Assembly: GCA_963695855.1 (NCBI GenBank)
Contig: CAVOHZ010000010.1
Location: 1,696,001 to 1,760,000 of the forward strand
From: an uncultured Nitrososphaerales archaeon
Lineage (GTDB): Archaea; Thermoproteota; Nitrososphaeria; Nitrososphaerales; Nitrososphaeraceae
DNA length: 64,000 nt
Direction of reading: 5' to 3'
The translations under genes were made by a program, and so were the position numbers. This document shows, in pieces, positions 1 to 9,710 of this stretch. The notes beneath the pieces were generated by a model. The model was not told the DNA's origin, did no database searches, and was given only the letters and a program-made list of their open reading frames with translations. Positions within the stretch are counted from its first letter, which is position 1. Each line of letters begins with the position of its first letter.

Positions 1-9
1 ACTATCTGT

Positions 10-2169
10 ATGCTTGAATCCATTAATGTAGACGAAGAAGCCATGCAGTTTTTTCTAAGGGGATCTGTAAATGATTTCTGGAAGAGAGCATTCAAAGAGG
101 AGGAGAAAACTGTTTTATCTGTTCAACAAGAAGGAAAAAATGGACAGAAGTTTCATGATAGTGTTCTAGAAACTTTTCTGTCAGAGTATGAAAATACTAA
201 GGAATTAAAGATTCCTAATGATTTCTCACCTGATCTCAAACCTACTCTTATGCAAAAATTTGTAGCATATAAAATTAGCATTTCCCCTTATTTTGGAAAC
301 TTTTCCGGAACAGGTGCAGGAAAAACCCTTTCCGCGGTATTATCAAGTCGCATTATAGGTAGTAAAATGACTGTAATAGTTTGCCCAAATGATATAGTTA
401 GACAATGGGAAGAAGAAGTTAGAAAAATGTTTTCGAATTCAAAAATATTAACTGAAAAAAAGGCATTTAATACAATACGTAATCAGAAGAAATATCAATA
501 TATTATACTAAACTATGATAAATTTAACCAAAATGATTCAAGTGACAATATTCTTAAACTTATGCAACAAAAAATTGATCTAGTTATTTTGGATGAAATT
601 CATTATACCAAAGTAACAACAGAGGAAAAGGCAAGTCTTAGAAATAAAAATCTTATTGGATTATTGACAGGTATCAGAAAGAAAAATCCTATAGCAAAGG
701 TTTTAGGTATGTCAGCAACTCCTGTAGTTAACAATTTAACAGAAGGAAAATCCCTTTTAGAAATGATAACAGGAAAGATATATACCGACCTCAAAACTAA
801 GGCTACTGTTCCAAATGCGGTTACTCTTTATGAAAAACTATCTACAATTGCTATTAGAGAATTACCTTCGTATAATATCAATACAGAAGAGGAATTTATA
901 GAAGTTGATGCAGAACTGGACATTTCCACTAATAATCGAATTCTTTTAAAAAATCCCTTATCCACAGAACAGGTTTTAACAAAGGCTAGGATAAAAGAAA
1001 TAATAAATCATATTGATAAAGGGGGTTTTACAATTATTTATACAGAATATGTAGGAAAAGATATTATTAAAAATCTTTCAAACGCCATTAAGGATTTAGG
1101 ATTAAACTATGCAGTTCATACTGGTTCTGATCATACAGGGAAAAAACAATTTCAAGAAAAGAAGGCACAGGTATTGATTGCATCTAGTCCATTATCAATC
1201 GGTATAGATGGACTTCAAAAAGTTTGTAACAGACTAATAATAAATTCACTTCCTTGGACAAATGCAAGATACCAGCAACTTATTGGTCGCTTAGTTAGAC
1301 CAGGTCAGATACATAATAAAGTAAAAGTTGTAATAATATTGGCTTCATTAAAAATTAAGGAAAATAAATATGAATATGATCGTAGGAAATGGAATAGAAT
1401 ACAATATAAAAAAACTCTTGCAGATTGTGCAGTAGATGGTATATTACCAGAAAAAAATCTTGTGACTAGGGAACAGGCTCACAGGGAAGCCATACGATGG
1501 TTAGAAAGATTAGAGCGAGGTGAAATTTCTACAGTATCACGAAGAGACTTAGAAATAGAACTAACTCCAGCCGAAAAAAGACTCTTAATAAGAAAATATG
1601 GTGATATAACACTTCAGCATCAAAAAATGAACACAGAATACTCTTTTACAACTCATGAAAGAATGCAAAAAGATCCGCAGGAATGGCTTCAATATCATAG
1701 ACAATTAGATGAAAATAGGAAATTATGGCCTATTGATCCACTAGATGAAATCATAAGTAGATTAAAAACAATGTCACCGAGATTACGAATAGGTGATTTT
1801 GGCTGCGGAACAGCAAAAATTATGGAGGAAATAGGTTCTGATCGAGTAATTAGTTTTGATCATGTCGCAATAAATGATAAAGTCATAGAATGTGATATCA
1901 AATCAGTTTCTAAATATGTGGAAAACAATAGTCTAGATGTTATTATTTTTTCATTATCTTTAATGGGAAAAAATTGGCAAGACTATATTATTGAAGCCAA
2001 AAGATGCCTTTCGACAAGGAGTTCTCTTTTTATTGCAGTGACAACAAAAGAATTAGATGAAGGAAGAAGGCTACATTTACTTCCCAATGTTTTAAAGGAT
2101 AATGGCTTTTCTATTGATACTCAAGAAGAACGAGGAGATTTTACATTTATGGAAGGAATAAAAATTTAG
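10..2169 (+). CDS. SF2 (SNF2/DEAD-like) helicase fused to a C-terminal class I SAM methyltransferase (Rrp8-like); may be 5'-truncated by the window edge
   Basis: Walker A GTGAGKT, motif II DEIH, motif III SATP, motif VI QLIGRLVRPGQ; C-terminal IGDFGCG SAM-binding motif and FSLSLMG. Confidence 0.8.
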   Translation: MLESINVDEEAMQFFLRGSVNDFWKRAFKEEEKTVLSVQQEGKNGQKFHDSVLETFLSEYENTKELKIPNDFSPDLKPTLMQKFVAYKISISPYFGNFSGTGAGKTLSAVLSSRIIGSKMTVIVCPNDIVRQWEEEVRKMFSNSKILTEKKAFNTIRNQKKYQYIILNYDKFNQNDSSDNILKLMQQKIDLVILDEIHYTKVTTEEKASLRNKNLIGLLTGIRKKNPIAKVLGMSATPVVNNLTEGKSLLEMITGKIYTDLKTKATVPNAVTLYEKLSTIAIRELPSYNINTEEEFIEVDAELDISTNNRILLKNPLSTEQVLTKARIKEIINHIDKGGFTIIYTEYVGKDIIKNLSNAIKDLGLNYAVHTGSDHTGKKQFQEKKAQVLIASSPLSIGIDGLQKVCNRLIINSLPWTNARYQQLIGRLVRPGQIHNKVKVVIILASLKIKENKYEYDRRKWNRIQYKKTLADCAVDGILPEKNLVTREQAHREAIRWLERLERGEISTVSRRDLEIELTPAEKRLLIRKYGDITLQHQKMNTEYSFTTHERMQKDPQEWLQYHRQLDENRKLWPIDPLDEIISRLKTMSPRLRIGDFGCGTAKIMEEIGSDRVISFDHVAINDKVIECDIKSVSKYVENNSLDVIIFSLSLMGKNWQDYIIEAKRCLSTRSSLFIAVTTKELDEGRRLHLLPNVLKDNGFSIDTQEERGDFTFMEGIKI

Positions 2170-2408
2170 ATAGTTCCTTTAATCATATTTGTGATTAAAT
2201 CATCATAAACAACAAATTTCTTTCATATTCTTTCTTTGACCTTATAGAATAGGAATCACCAAATATAATATCACATGTATTTGGCAATCAAATTGGAAAT
2301 TCGTAAATATCATTAATCCATTAACTTTTATAGAATTAGCAATTCCTTTAGATTATTTTGCTCGTTGTGATAATAATCCTTTAATTAATTCATCGTGATA
2401 CTAGGGTT

Positions 2409-2867
2409 ATGAGAATACTATTTCCGATAATGGTATTGTCTATCCTCATGGTTTCAGTAGGAATTTTTTCGACATCAATGAATTTTGTTTATTCTCAAAC
2501 TACAACTGAGGAGAAGAAGGTTGAACTATTGACTTCTAAAATTAAGGAAGGAGAATATTCTACAAAATTTATAGGACAAGTGCAAAACATGTTAACGGAA
2601 AATGTAGAATTTGTCAAAATTATTGCTACTTTTTATGATCAAAGTGGAAATATGATTGGTAGTAAGTCAACTTATGCTGAACCATATGATCTTCAACCGA
2701 AGATGAAGGCGCCATTTGAAATGTATTTGGATGACGATGTTCGAGATCAAGTAAATTCCTACGATGTCACAATAACATGGCAGAAACTGGAAGATACAGA
2801 AGATTTTTCTAATGTTTATGAATCCAGTCCTCAGTCTCAGTCACAAACAGAAGATTCACAAGATTGA
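2409..2867 (+). CDS. Secreted FxLYD-domain protein
   Basis: Signal peptide; GQVQN...VKIIATFYDQSGNMIG...L.P..KAPF pattern. Confidence 0.7.
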   Translation: MRILFPIMVLSILMVSVGIFSTSMNFVYSQTTTEEKKVELLTSKIKEGEYSTKFIGQVQNMLTENVEFVKIIATFYDQSGNMIGSKSTYAEPYDLQPKMKAPFEMYLDDDVRDQVNSYDVTITWQKLEDTEDFSNVYESSPQSQSQTEDSQD

Positions 2868-3441
2868 AAAGAGGATCAAAATAGTGCTATTATTTTATTT
2901 GTTCACAATCATTATCGTTATTTCCATCAGTCATGCTTTTGCTCAGGAATTTAAGGAATATGAAAGTGAATTATTAAGTATCAAATTAAAGTATCCCTCT
3001 GATTGGGATGATAATATGAAAGAAGAAAAATCAACGATTTCAGAGGATAATCACCGTTCAATTTCTTTTGATTTAGGTGCAGAAAATGCCCTAAGAATAT
3101 ACATACATGATACAGACCCAGAAATTGGAAGTTTGAACAATTTCATTACCAACACATTGAATAGTGTTACGCTAGATGGAACTATGCCAATTGCTGTTCA
3201 TTTTCTAGAAACAGATTTAAACGTTACATTATCCAACCTACAGGCCATAAAATTAATTTACGATCGAAATCTTATGCTTGGAACCAATTCACGAATTGAT
3301 ACAATTATGCAAGTAGTTGCACTATCTGATGATAATAGTCAAACATATGGTGTAACTTATAGAACTGAAAAAGCATATTTTGAAGAATATTTAAAATCTG
3401 TAGAAGAAATTATAGAGTCTATAGAAATAGTCAATAAATAA
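2812..3441 (+). CDS. Secreted PsbP-like protein (true start probably ~2864)
   Basis: Hydrophobic N-terminus, YE...IKLKYPSDW and C-terminal VEEIIESIEI; resembles 62538..63089. Confidence 0.65.
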   Translation: MFMNPVLSLSHKQKIHKIEKRIKIVLLFYLFTIIIVISISHAFAQEFKEYESELLSIKLKYPSDWDDNMKEEKSTISEDNHRSISFDLGAENALRIYIHDTDPEIGSLNNFITNTLNSVTLDGTMPIAVHFLETDLNVTLSNLQAIKLIYDRNLMLGTNSRIDTIMQVVALSDDNSQTYGVTYRTEKAYFEEYLKSVEEIIESIEIVNK

Positions 3442-3539
3442 TTTTTATCGTTAATTAATAATTTTTATATCAATGATCTTACAACATACTATTTTTAGAG
3501 TCGTCAATTGATCTTATCAGGAAACCCTGACCAATTTTA

Positions 3540-4871
3540 TTATTGGTCATTAACAAATTTAACCCCTTTCAACAGCAAACGAAGGGCGTCCAAGTCATCG
3601 TTGTGGACACTCACATTTTTGTCAAGGTTCCATTCATTAGCGTGGGCAGTCTTTAGTGACAGGATTAATCGATCAAATTTGGAAGGTATAGCAAGTTTCT
3701 GTTTTGTTAAAAGTTGATATGTGTGTTCAAGCATTTGTTTATGTTCTTTTGCAAAGGATACAGGTATCACAAAGTTGGATTCAGGATTTATGTCTTCGGA
3801 GCGGTCCCAGTCTAAACTCTCACCAAATCTGGATTTACATTCATTAACAGCAGCCCGGTTACTTCCATCCACAAACCACCATAGATTAGGGATTTCAGTA
3901 TGTAGTTGAAATATACGATCACTGATTACAGAAGGAGTTGTTTTGTCATATTCCTCTCCTAGGACAATTTTAACTATTTCATTTTCTGTATCTAATTCTG
4001 CAATGTATATAGTTGTAATGGATGTAGAGAAGCCGAAATCAATCCCGCCGATATGAAGACAGTAATTATTTAATGGTAAATCCTTGTATTTTTCCCCTAG
4101 TTGTACCGCCCTCTCTATGTCTTCAATTGCAAAAACGTTCCCAATTTTTCCTAAATATTTTAAATCATATTCTCTATCAAATGAAGGACTTTGCTTTGCT
4201 CTCTCTATATCTTCAATAGTATAGATTTTATTCAAGCCATAACGATAATCTAACTTGATTCTTTTGTAAAGACATATATCTTCAGGTTCCTGTTCTATAG
4301 TCTGCATTAATCCTCCTGCTGCATTAGGTGTTGAAACCATAACGATAAAGGGATTAGATTTACCGATATATCTCTCGGCTACGGCCCTTACATCTTCCTG
4401 CTGACCCTTTGAAAAGAAATCGCATTCATCTAACAATATGAATTTAGGCGAATCGAGGGAACGAAAAGAGTCTACATGATGTGATGGGAATGATTCGATA
4501 GTTACACCATTTAGATTCAGTAAAGTCTCTTTAGTATCAAAGTAAATGCCTAATGGTTCAAACAATCGTTTCATTCTTGTTATTAACTTCTTACTAAGAT
4601 CCCAATTTGGTCCAGTAACGATAACAAACTGAGAACCTTGATAGTCATTATTACGCAGACATAACCAAGACATATATCTTAGGAATAATTCGGTAATACC
4701 TAATCCCGTACTCTTTAGAATCCAGATACATTTATCGTACTGCAACAAGTCAAGAACTATTTTCTCATAATCAAATAAGGCTTTACTAATTCCATCCTTT
4801 TTAGGTAGTCCCAATATATGATTAAAACAACAATTATTCATAGTTGCTATTTGTTCGTCATGATGCAGCAT
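3540..4871 (-). CDS. Terminase large subunit-like protein (ATPase + RNase H-fold nuclease)
   Basis: Deviant Walker A KSTGLGIT, Walker B FILLDE, coupling motif VSTPN, FDREY linker, nuclease GGIDFG, FVDGS and HNDDLDA. Confidence 0.8.
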   Translation of the reverse strand: MLHHDEQIATMNNCCFNHILGLPKKDGISKALFDYEKIVLDLLQYDKCIWILKSTGLGITELFLRYMSWLCLRNNDYQGSQFVIVTGPNWDLSKKLITRMKRLFEPLGIYFDTKETLLNLNGVTIESFPSHHVDSFRSLDSPKFILLDECDFFSKGQQEDVRAVAERYIGKSNPFIVMVSTPNAAGGLMQTIEQEPEDICLYKRIKLDYRYGLNKIYTIEDIERAKQSPSFDREYDLKYLGKIGNVFAIEDIERAVQLGEKYKDLPLNNYCLHIGGIDFGFSTSITTIYIAELDTENEIVKIVLGEEYDKTTPSVISDRIFQLHTEIPNLWWFVDGSNRAAVNECKSRFGESLDWDRSEDINPESNFVIPVSFAKEHKQMLEHTYQLLTKQKLAIPSKFDRLILSLKTAHANEWNLDKNVSVHNDDLDALRLLLKGVKFVNDQ

Positions 4872-5298
4872 GTTCTAGTTTTGCCTTTATCTGTGCTATG
4901 ACTGGCGTACCCAATGATAGTTCCTGCAACAGTTTAGCATTCTCTCTAATCTCATAACGTAACTTCTGGATTAAATCTAGATTCCTTCTTTCTGCAGGTT
5001 GTTTATTTTGTTCTATCAAGTAATCACGAATTGTATCCTTCTGGACCATCTCAACAACCTCGATTATTTGCTGATGCTTGATTACGAAGCCGACTCTTGA
5101 AAAATATGACATCCATTGATTGGCATACTCACCACTGTCAACCTCTTTTTTTCTACGATAATAGGTATGTGGTGATATAGGCCTACCCAGACGGGCCTTG
5201 ATGTAGGCTAATGCTTCCTTCTCTGTAAAGCCGTAATTTACGGTATCTGCTACAAGTGGCATTAAAACCTGTTTTTCCTTTTGTGTGAAATTTCCCAT
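4858..5298 (-). CDS. Putative terminase small subunit / HTH protein
   Basis: N-terminal HTH-like segment (EKEALAYI...ISPHTYYRRKK), helical C-terminus, 14-bp overlap with the TerL-like gene. Confidence 0.55.
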   Translation of the reverse strand: MGNFTQKEKQVLMPLVADTVNYGFTEKEALAYIKARLGRPISPHTYYRRKKEVDSGEYANQWMSYFSRVGFVIKHQQIIEVVEMVQKDTIRDYLIEQNKQPAERRNLDLIQKLRYEIRENAKLLQELSLGTPVIAQIKAKLEHAAS

Positions 5299-5436
5299 TT
5301 ACTCGCTATTCACCTTGTAAATTGATAAATTGACTGCCAACTCTTAATAGTCGTATTTAGGTTAGTAACTATAATAAGTATAGTGGCTTCAACTACTAGG
5401 ACACAAACCATAGAACTAAGAAAAGAAAGTACAAAA

Positions 5437-5544
5437 GTGGACAGGTGGACACCTTGTACACCCCTAAATCCATTGTAATAATTTTTTCTTAAAATATTTT
5501 TTTCCAGTGAATATAGTGGTGTCCAAGGTGTCCAAGGTGTCCAA
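5437..5544. repeat. 33-bp imperfect inverted repeat with 9-bp iterons (GGTGTCCAA x3) around a 23-bp AT-rich spacer
   Basis: Arms 5446-5478 and 5502-5534 match at 27/33 in reverse complement; GGTGTCCAA at 5518, 5527, 5536; TGGACA/TGTACA units at 5438-5460. Confidence 0.9.
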
Positions 5545-5551
5545 AATCTCT

Positions 5552-7063
5552 TTATTCATTATAATCTGATTTAGGAACATACATTCCATTATCGATAAAG
5601 TCATACGCTAGCCATTTCTTTTTGGTTTTTTTCTCCCGTTCTGTAACTGTTACCAATTTATCCATAGTATCCATAACCATTTTAACCTGCGATTTTAACG
5701 ATTCCACTTCTTCCTGCATTCCCTTTATCTGATTCTCTTTTTCTTTTTGGTTTTCTAACGTATATTGATATGAATGATAAGACAAAACCATTTTACATTT
5801 TACACAGAATTTTGAATCGTGTTTGTTTGATTCATTACAGTTAGGACAATACCTGGGTTTTAGTAATTCAATTCCTTCTGCTATTCCTTCATTTTCTTTT
5901 ATAATACCCTTGGCCTGCAGGATTGATCTTACTGACTCGTTACCAAAATAATGGATATACCTCTGTGGCATGTTGCTGTTAATACTCCAACCTGCATGAT
6001 TTCTAAGCATGTGTTCACTTAATTTCATTCTGGATTTTTCGGTTAATGCTGAGTGTCTGAATATATAGAGATTCCAAGGTTTTGTTAACATATTTCTGAT
6101 ATGGGATTTATCTGATTCTGGTATAGTCGTAGTGGTAGTTTTATCATCATTATTATGATTACTATCAAGTAGTTTACGAAAGAAACGATTGTATTTGTTT
6201 TTATATCTTTTTAATAATCCATTTACCAATAATTGATTTACAGAATTGGTATTTTTGTCACTTAAAGACACGAAAAACCATGAATCATGATTATCCCCAC
6301 ATGGATGATTTAACAACCATTCTTTTACATAAGGAATACTATCAATAAGTGGAAGGGTTCTTGGTCCAGTCTTACCGTTTACTGTAATTTCTGCATACTG
6401 TATTTCCTCTGATGAGATCTTAAATTTCAGGTCTTTTATCTTTAGATTAAGAAGTTCGTGAGGTCTGGCAGAAGTATCATTGGCCATTGCATGATAACAC
6501 CTATCTCTGATAGAAGGACAATATTTCAAAAATATAGCATGCTCTTCATTGGTCCACATATCCTCCGGCTTGTACGGTGATACTTCTTTCCTGGGAAGTT
6601 GTTTGATTCCCTGCATACAGTCAGGTGCATCCCTATTTTTGTGGTTCGTTTCATCTGGACTGTATAACCATTTGAAGAATTTCAGGAATAACATTTGTCT
6701 TGCATTCCATGTTCCTACACTCTTGTGAGTTGGGTCCACAGAAGAGGATTTTCTAAGGTTGTTTAGGTACTCCAGTATGTCGTCTTTAGTCATATCGTAA
6801 AAGGTTTTTTTATGTTCAAAGAATTTGGATAAATGTATCAGTATTTTTATTTTGGTTTCTTTTGTTGACTCTTTTATATTTAATTCGTTTTGTTCTGCAG
6901 TAATATAATCACATATTATTTTAACATTAAGAGGATTGGTCTGAACAAGTTCATTTAATCTTTTTGAGATGTAAGGTTTCAGGTATGTTGTAAGAGATTT
7001 TATTTTTCTTGTCAATTTTTCTTGTTCTTGTATTTCAATCGTTGTTGTTGTTGTTGCTCCCAT
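5552..7063 (-). CDS. Tyrosine recombinase/integrase with C-terminal zinc ribbon and coiled coil
   Basis: Catalytic motifs ARPHELL, GKTG, FRHS, HAGW, RYIH; CPNC...CVKC zinc ribbon. Confidence 0.92.
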   Translation of the reverse strand: MGATTTTTIEIQEQEKLTRKIKSLTTYLKPYISKRLNELVQTNPLNVKIICDYITAEQNELNIKESTKETKIKILIHLSKFFEHKKTFYDMTKDDILEYLNNLRKSSSVDPTHKSVGTWNARQMLFLKFFKWLYSPDETNHKNRDAPDCMQGIKQLPRKEVSPYKPEDMWTNEEHAIFLKYCPSIRDRCYHAMANDTSARPHELLNLKIKDLKFKISSEEIQYAEITVNGKTGPRTLPLIDSIPYVKEWLLNHPCGDNHDSWFFVSLSDKNTNSVNQLLVNGLLKRYKNKYNRFFRKLLDSNHNNDDKTTTTTIPESDKSHIRNMLTKPWNLYIFRHSALTEKSRMKLSEHMLRNHAGWSINSNMPQRYIHYFGNESVRSILQAKGIIKENEGIAEGIELLKPRYCPNCNESNKHDSKFCVKCKMVLSYHSYQYTLENQKEKENQIKGMQEEVESLKSQVKMVMDTMDKLVTVTEREKKTKKKWLAYDFIDNGMYVPKSDYNE

Positions 7064-7131
7064 CTTCTTGTGACTATTGGAAAGTTTGACGTCTTAAAAT
7101 AAAAACCTTAGTTATAAACCCGTGAATTGAA

Positions 7132-7206
7132 TGGAGGGGATGGGATTCGAACCCATGACCACCTGCGTGTAAGGCAGGTATCCTAACCAGTCTAGACAAC
7201 CCCTCC
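7132..7206 (-). tRNA. tRNA-Val(TAC)
   Basis: Reverse complement GGAGGGGTTGTCTAGACTGGTTAGGATACCTGCCTTACACGCAGGTGGTCATGGGTTCGAATCCCATCCCCTCCA folds as a cloverleaf; anticodon stem CCTGC/GCAGG, loop CT-TAC-AC; no intron, CCA not encoded. Confidence 0.97.
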
Positions 7207-8198
7207 ACATTACTATAATCTTAATAGTTGAACTGTTTGATACATCGATATTAATAGTTTTTATCAGAAATTTATCGAATATAGAAATTTAATAAATCAT
7301 TTTATGAAATTATGTTTTATATATTCAGTTTTTAAATCATTTAATAGTTAAAATTGTAAATACAATTTATTTGATCATATTTGATGTGACAATCAAAAAA
7401 TAAAACGAAAAAATTCTATTTTAGTTTTATTACAGTATATTAGAAAATTTTGATTTATTCTATTGGATAATATTAATTTTAAGTTATGGAAAGTTCTTTC
7501 AAACAAAATACTAGTTATATGTCTGCTATCAAATTAAAAGCTGTTTCAGAGTGATCATTAATTAAAAAGATGATATTTAGCAAATATATAATAAAATGAA
7601 AAACAATTTTAATAAATATAGATGTATTTCCTTGGCATTTTATAAAAATAAAATATAGTATTAAATACCAAGTTTAAATGAAATAAGATGTATTCACTAA
7701 AAATTGTTAAACTAAGTCTATATAATATTTTAGGAAATATTACAAATTTTGATGATGGAAACAAAAAAATTTGAATAAGATATTAATCATGAAAAATGAT
7801 AATTTTTTTCGATATACAGTTATGATATATGTTTACAATTGATTTTATTATTTGACTCGAATTTCTAGTTTTACTATTAAAATTTTGCTATTTGATATAA
7901 TAGATATTTAATAAAGCAAAATACAACCTTTCTCTTTTTGCTTCAACAGTAGTATATTATTATAAAATTGTTATACGAACACTATATCTAAATAACGTTC
8001 AAGCTTATTATAAAAGTCTTAAATTTATTGAATAGCAAATATTGTAACAAAGTATTAAATTGCATATTTTGTTCTATCACTCTATTTTGAAATAAAAGAT
8101 TTCTAAATTTATTGTAATATTCTATATGTTAGAGCTATTCTTAGATATTTATAATACAATATTTTTAAATTGGGAAATGGAATCCACAGAATATAATA

Positions 8199-9521
8199 AT
8201 GACTGCAAAAGAATCATACGAACAAATCTTTGAATTAATGAAAAGTCATCACGATTGGTTTAATAACTCTATTCCACTAATTGCTAGTGAGAATGTTCCC
8301 AGTACTGCCGTAAGAGAGGCTATAATATCCGATTTTGGAAACAGGTATGCAGAAGGATGGCCTGGAGAAAGAGTGTATGCTGGTTGTATTTTCATAGATC
8401 AAGTAGAGATTATTTGTAATGATCTAGCAAGAAAGGTGTTCAAAGCAGAATTTGCAGATTGTAGAGCTACTTCGGGAGTAGTAGCAAATCTTGCAATCTA
8501 TTCTGGATTTACATATCCTGGTGATTACATGCTAGCAACGTCTATTCCTAATGGTGGACATATTTCTCATGGGAAGAAGGAACATTATGGTACTGCAGGT
8601 CATGTATGTGGATTAAATATTGAATATTTTCCATTTTCAAGGGATGAAATGACGATTGATGTAGATGCTACAAAAAAGAAGATTTTGGATATGGATAAAG
8701 ATGGCAAGTCTCCAAAAATAGTAATGTTTGGCGGCAGTTTATTTCTTTTTCCTCATCCAGTAAAGGAATTATCTGAATTTATGCATGAGCGTAACATGTA
8801 TGTAAATTATGATGGAGCTCATGTCGCTGGACTTATAGCAGGTGGCCAATTCCAAGATCCTTTAAGAGAAGGCGTTGATTCTATGACAATGAGTTCCCAC
8901 AAAACCTTATGGGGACCCCAAGGGGGAATAATAGTATCACTGGAAAAATATTCTGAGATCATTAAAAAATCGATATTTCCAGGAAATACTAGTAGTCATC
9001 ATTTGCATCATGTTGCAGGTAAGGCGATAGCATTAGCAGAAGTTATGGAATTTGGTGAAGACTATGCTAAACAGGTCATAAAAAATGCTAAAAAATTGGC
9101 TGAAAGTTTCGTTGAATCTGGATTTACTGTTTTGGGTGAAAAAAAAGGATATACACAATCACATCAAATTGCAGTTGATGTTTCAAAATATGGAGATGGA
9201 GGAACAATTGAAAAAGACCTTGAAAAATCGAATATCATTTTGAATAGACAATTACTTCCTGGAGATATTAAAGCAGGGAGACATTATATGCACCCAAGCG
9301 GTGTTAGAATTGGAGCTAATGAGATCACAAGATTAGGAATGAAGGAAAGTGAAATGATAGAAATTGCTACTTTTATAAAAAGAGTAGTAATCGATAAAGA
9401 AGATGCTATTAGTGTAAAGAAGGATGTTACTGAATTCAAGAAACAATATCAACAATTGCATTATGTTTTTGATGGACAGCTAGATGCATATAAATATATT
9501 AGTTTGGTAAAACAAAACTGA
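8199..9521 (+). CDS. glyA: Serine hydroxymethyltransferase
   Basis: LIASEN, YAEGWPGERVYAGC, GGHISHG, PLP-lysine SSHKTLWGPQGG. Confidence 0.97.
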   Translation: MTAKESYEQIFELMKSHHDWFNNSIPLIASENVPSTAVREAIISDFGNRYAEGWPGERVYAGCIFIDQVEIICNDLARKVFKAEFADCRATSGVVANLAIYSGFTYPGDYMLATSIPNGGHISHGKKEHYGTAGHVCGLNIEYFPFSRDEMTIDVDATKKKILDMDKDGKSPKIVMFGGSLFLFPHPVKELSEFMHERNMYVNYDGAHVAGLIAGGQFQDPLREGVDSMTMSSHKTLWGPQGGIIVSLEKYSEIIKKSIFPGNTSSHHLHHVAGKAIALAEVMEFGEDYAKQVIKNAKKLAESFVESGFTVLGEKKGYTQSHQIAVDVSKYGDGGTIEKDLEKSNIILNRQLLPGDIKAGRHYMHPSGVRIGANEITRLGMKESEMIEIATFIKRVVIDKEDAISVKKDVTEFKKQYQQLHYVFDGQLDAYKYISLVKQN

Positions 9522-9710
9522 TAAGATTGAAAAATTATTTCTTTTTTTATTCTAGTTGATGAAATGAAAATATTTGTGTATTTTGTAAGGAATTATTGGA
9601 TATTTTTTAAATCTATACAATTCTAAGGATTTCCTCATATAATGACTTTATTATTTACCCATTAGAGAGGTATCTTATTTTGAGTATAGGATCTTCATTA
9701 AAATATTAGA

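Larger units (their letters stand above)
1..7154. mobile_element. Integrative element (integrase + terminase-like genes) inserted at the 3' end of tRNA-Val; left boundary outside the window
   Basis: Tyrosine integrase begins ~70 bp downstream of the tRNA 3' end, followed by TerS/TerL-like genes and accessory cargo; core housekeeping genes resume right of the tRNA. Confidence 0.75.

Noticed and set aside
7207-8198. 1-kb extremely AT-rich intergenic region as a second origin or ncRNA
   Set aside because: No ORB, repeat or stable stem found by eye; long AT-rich spacers are common throughout this window
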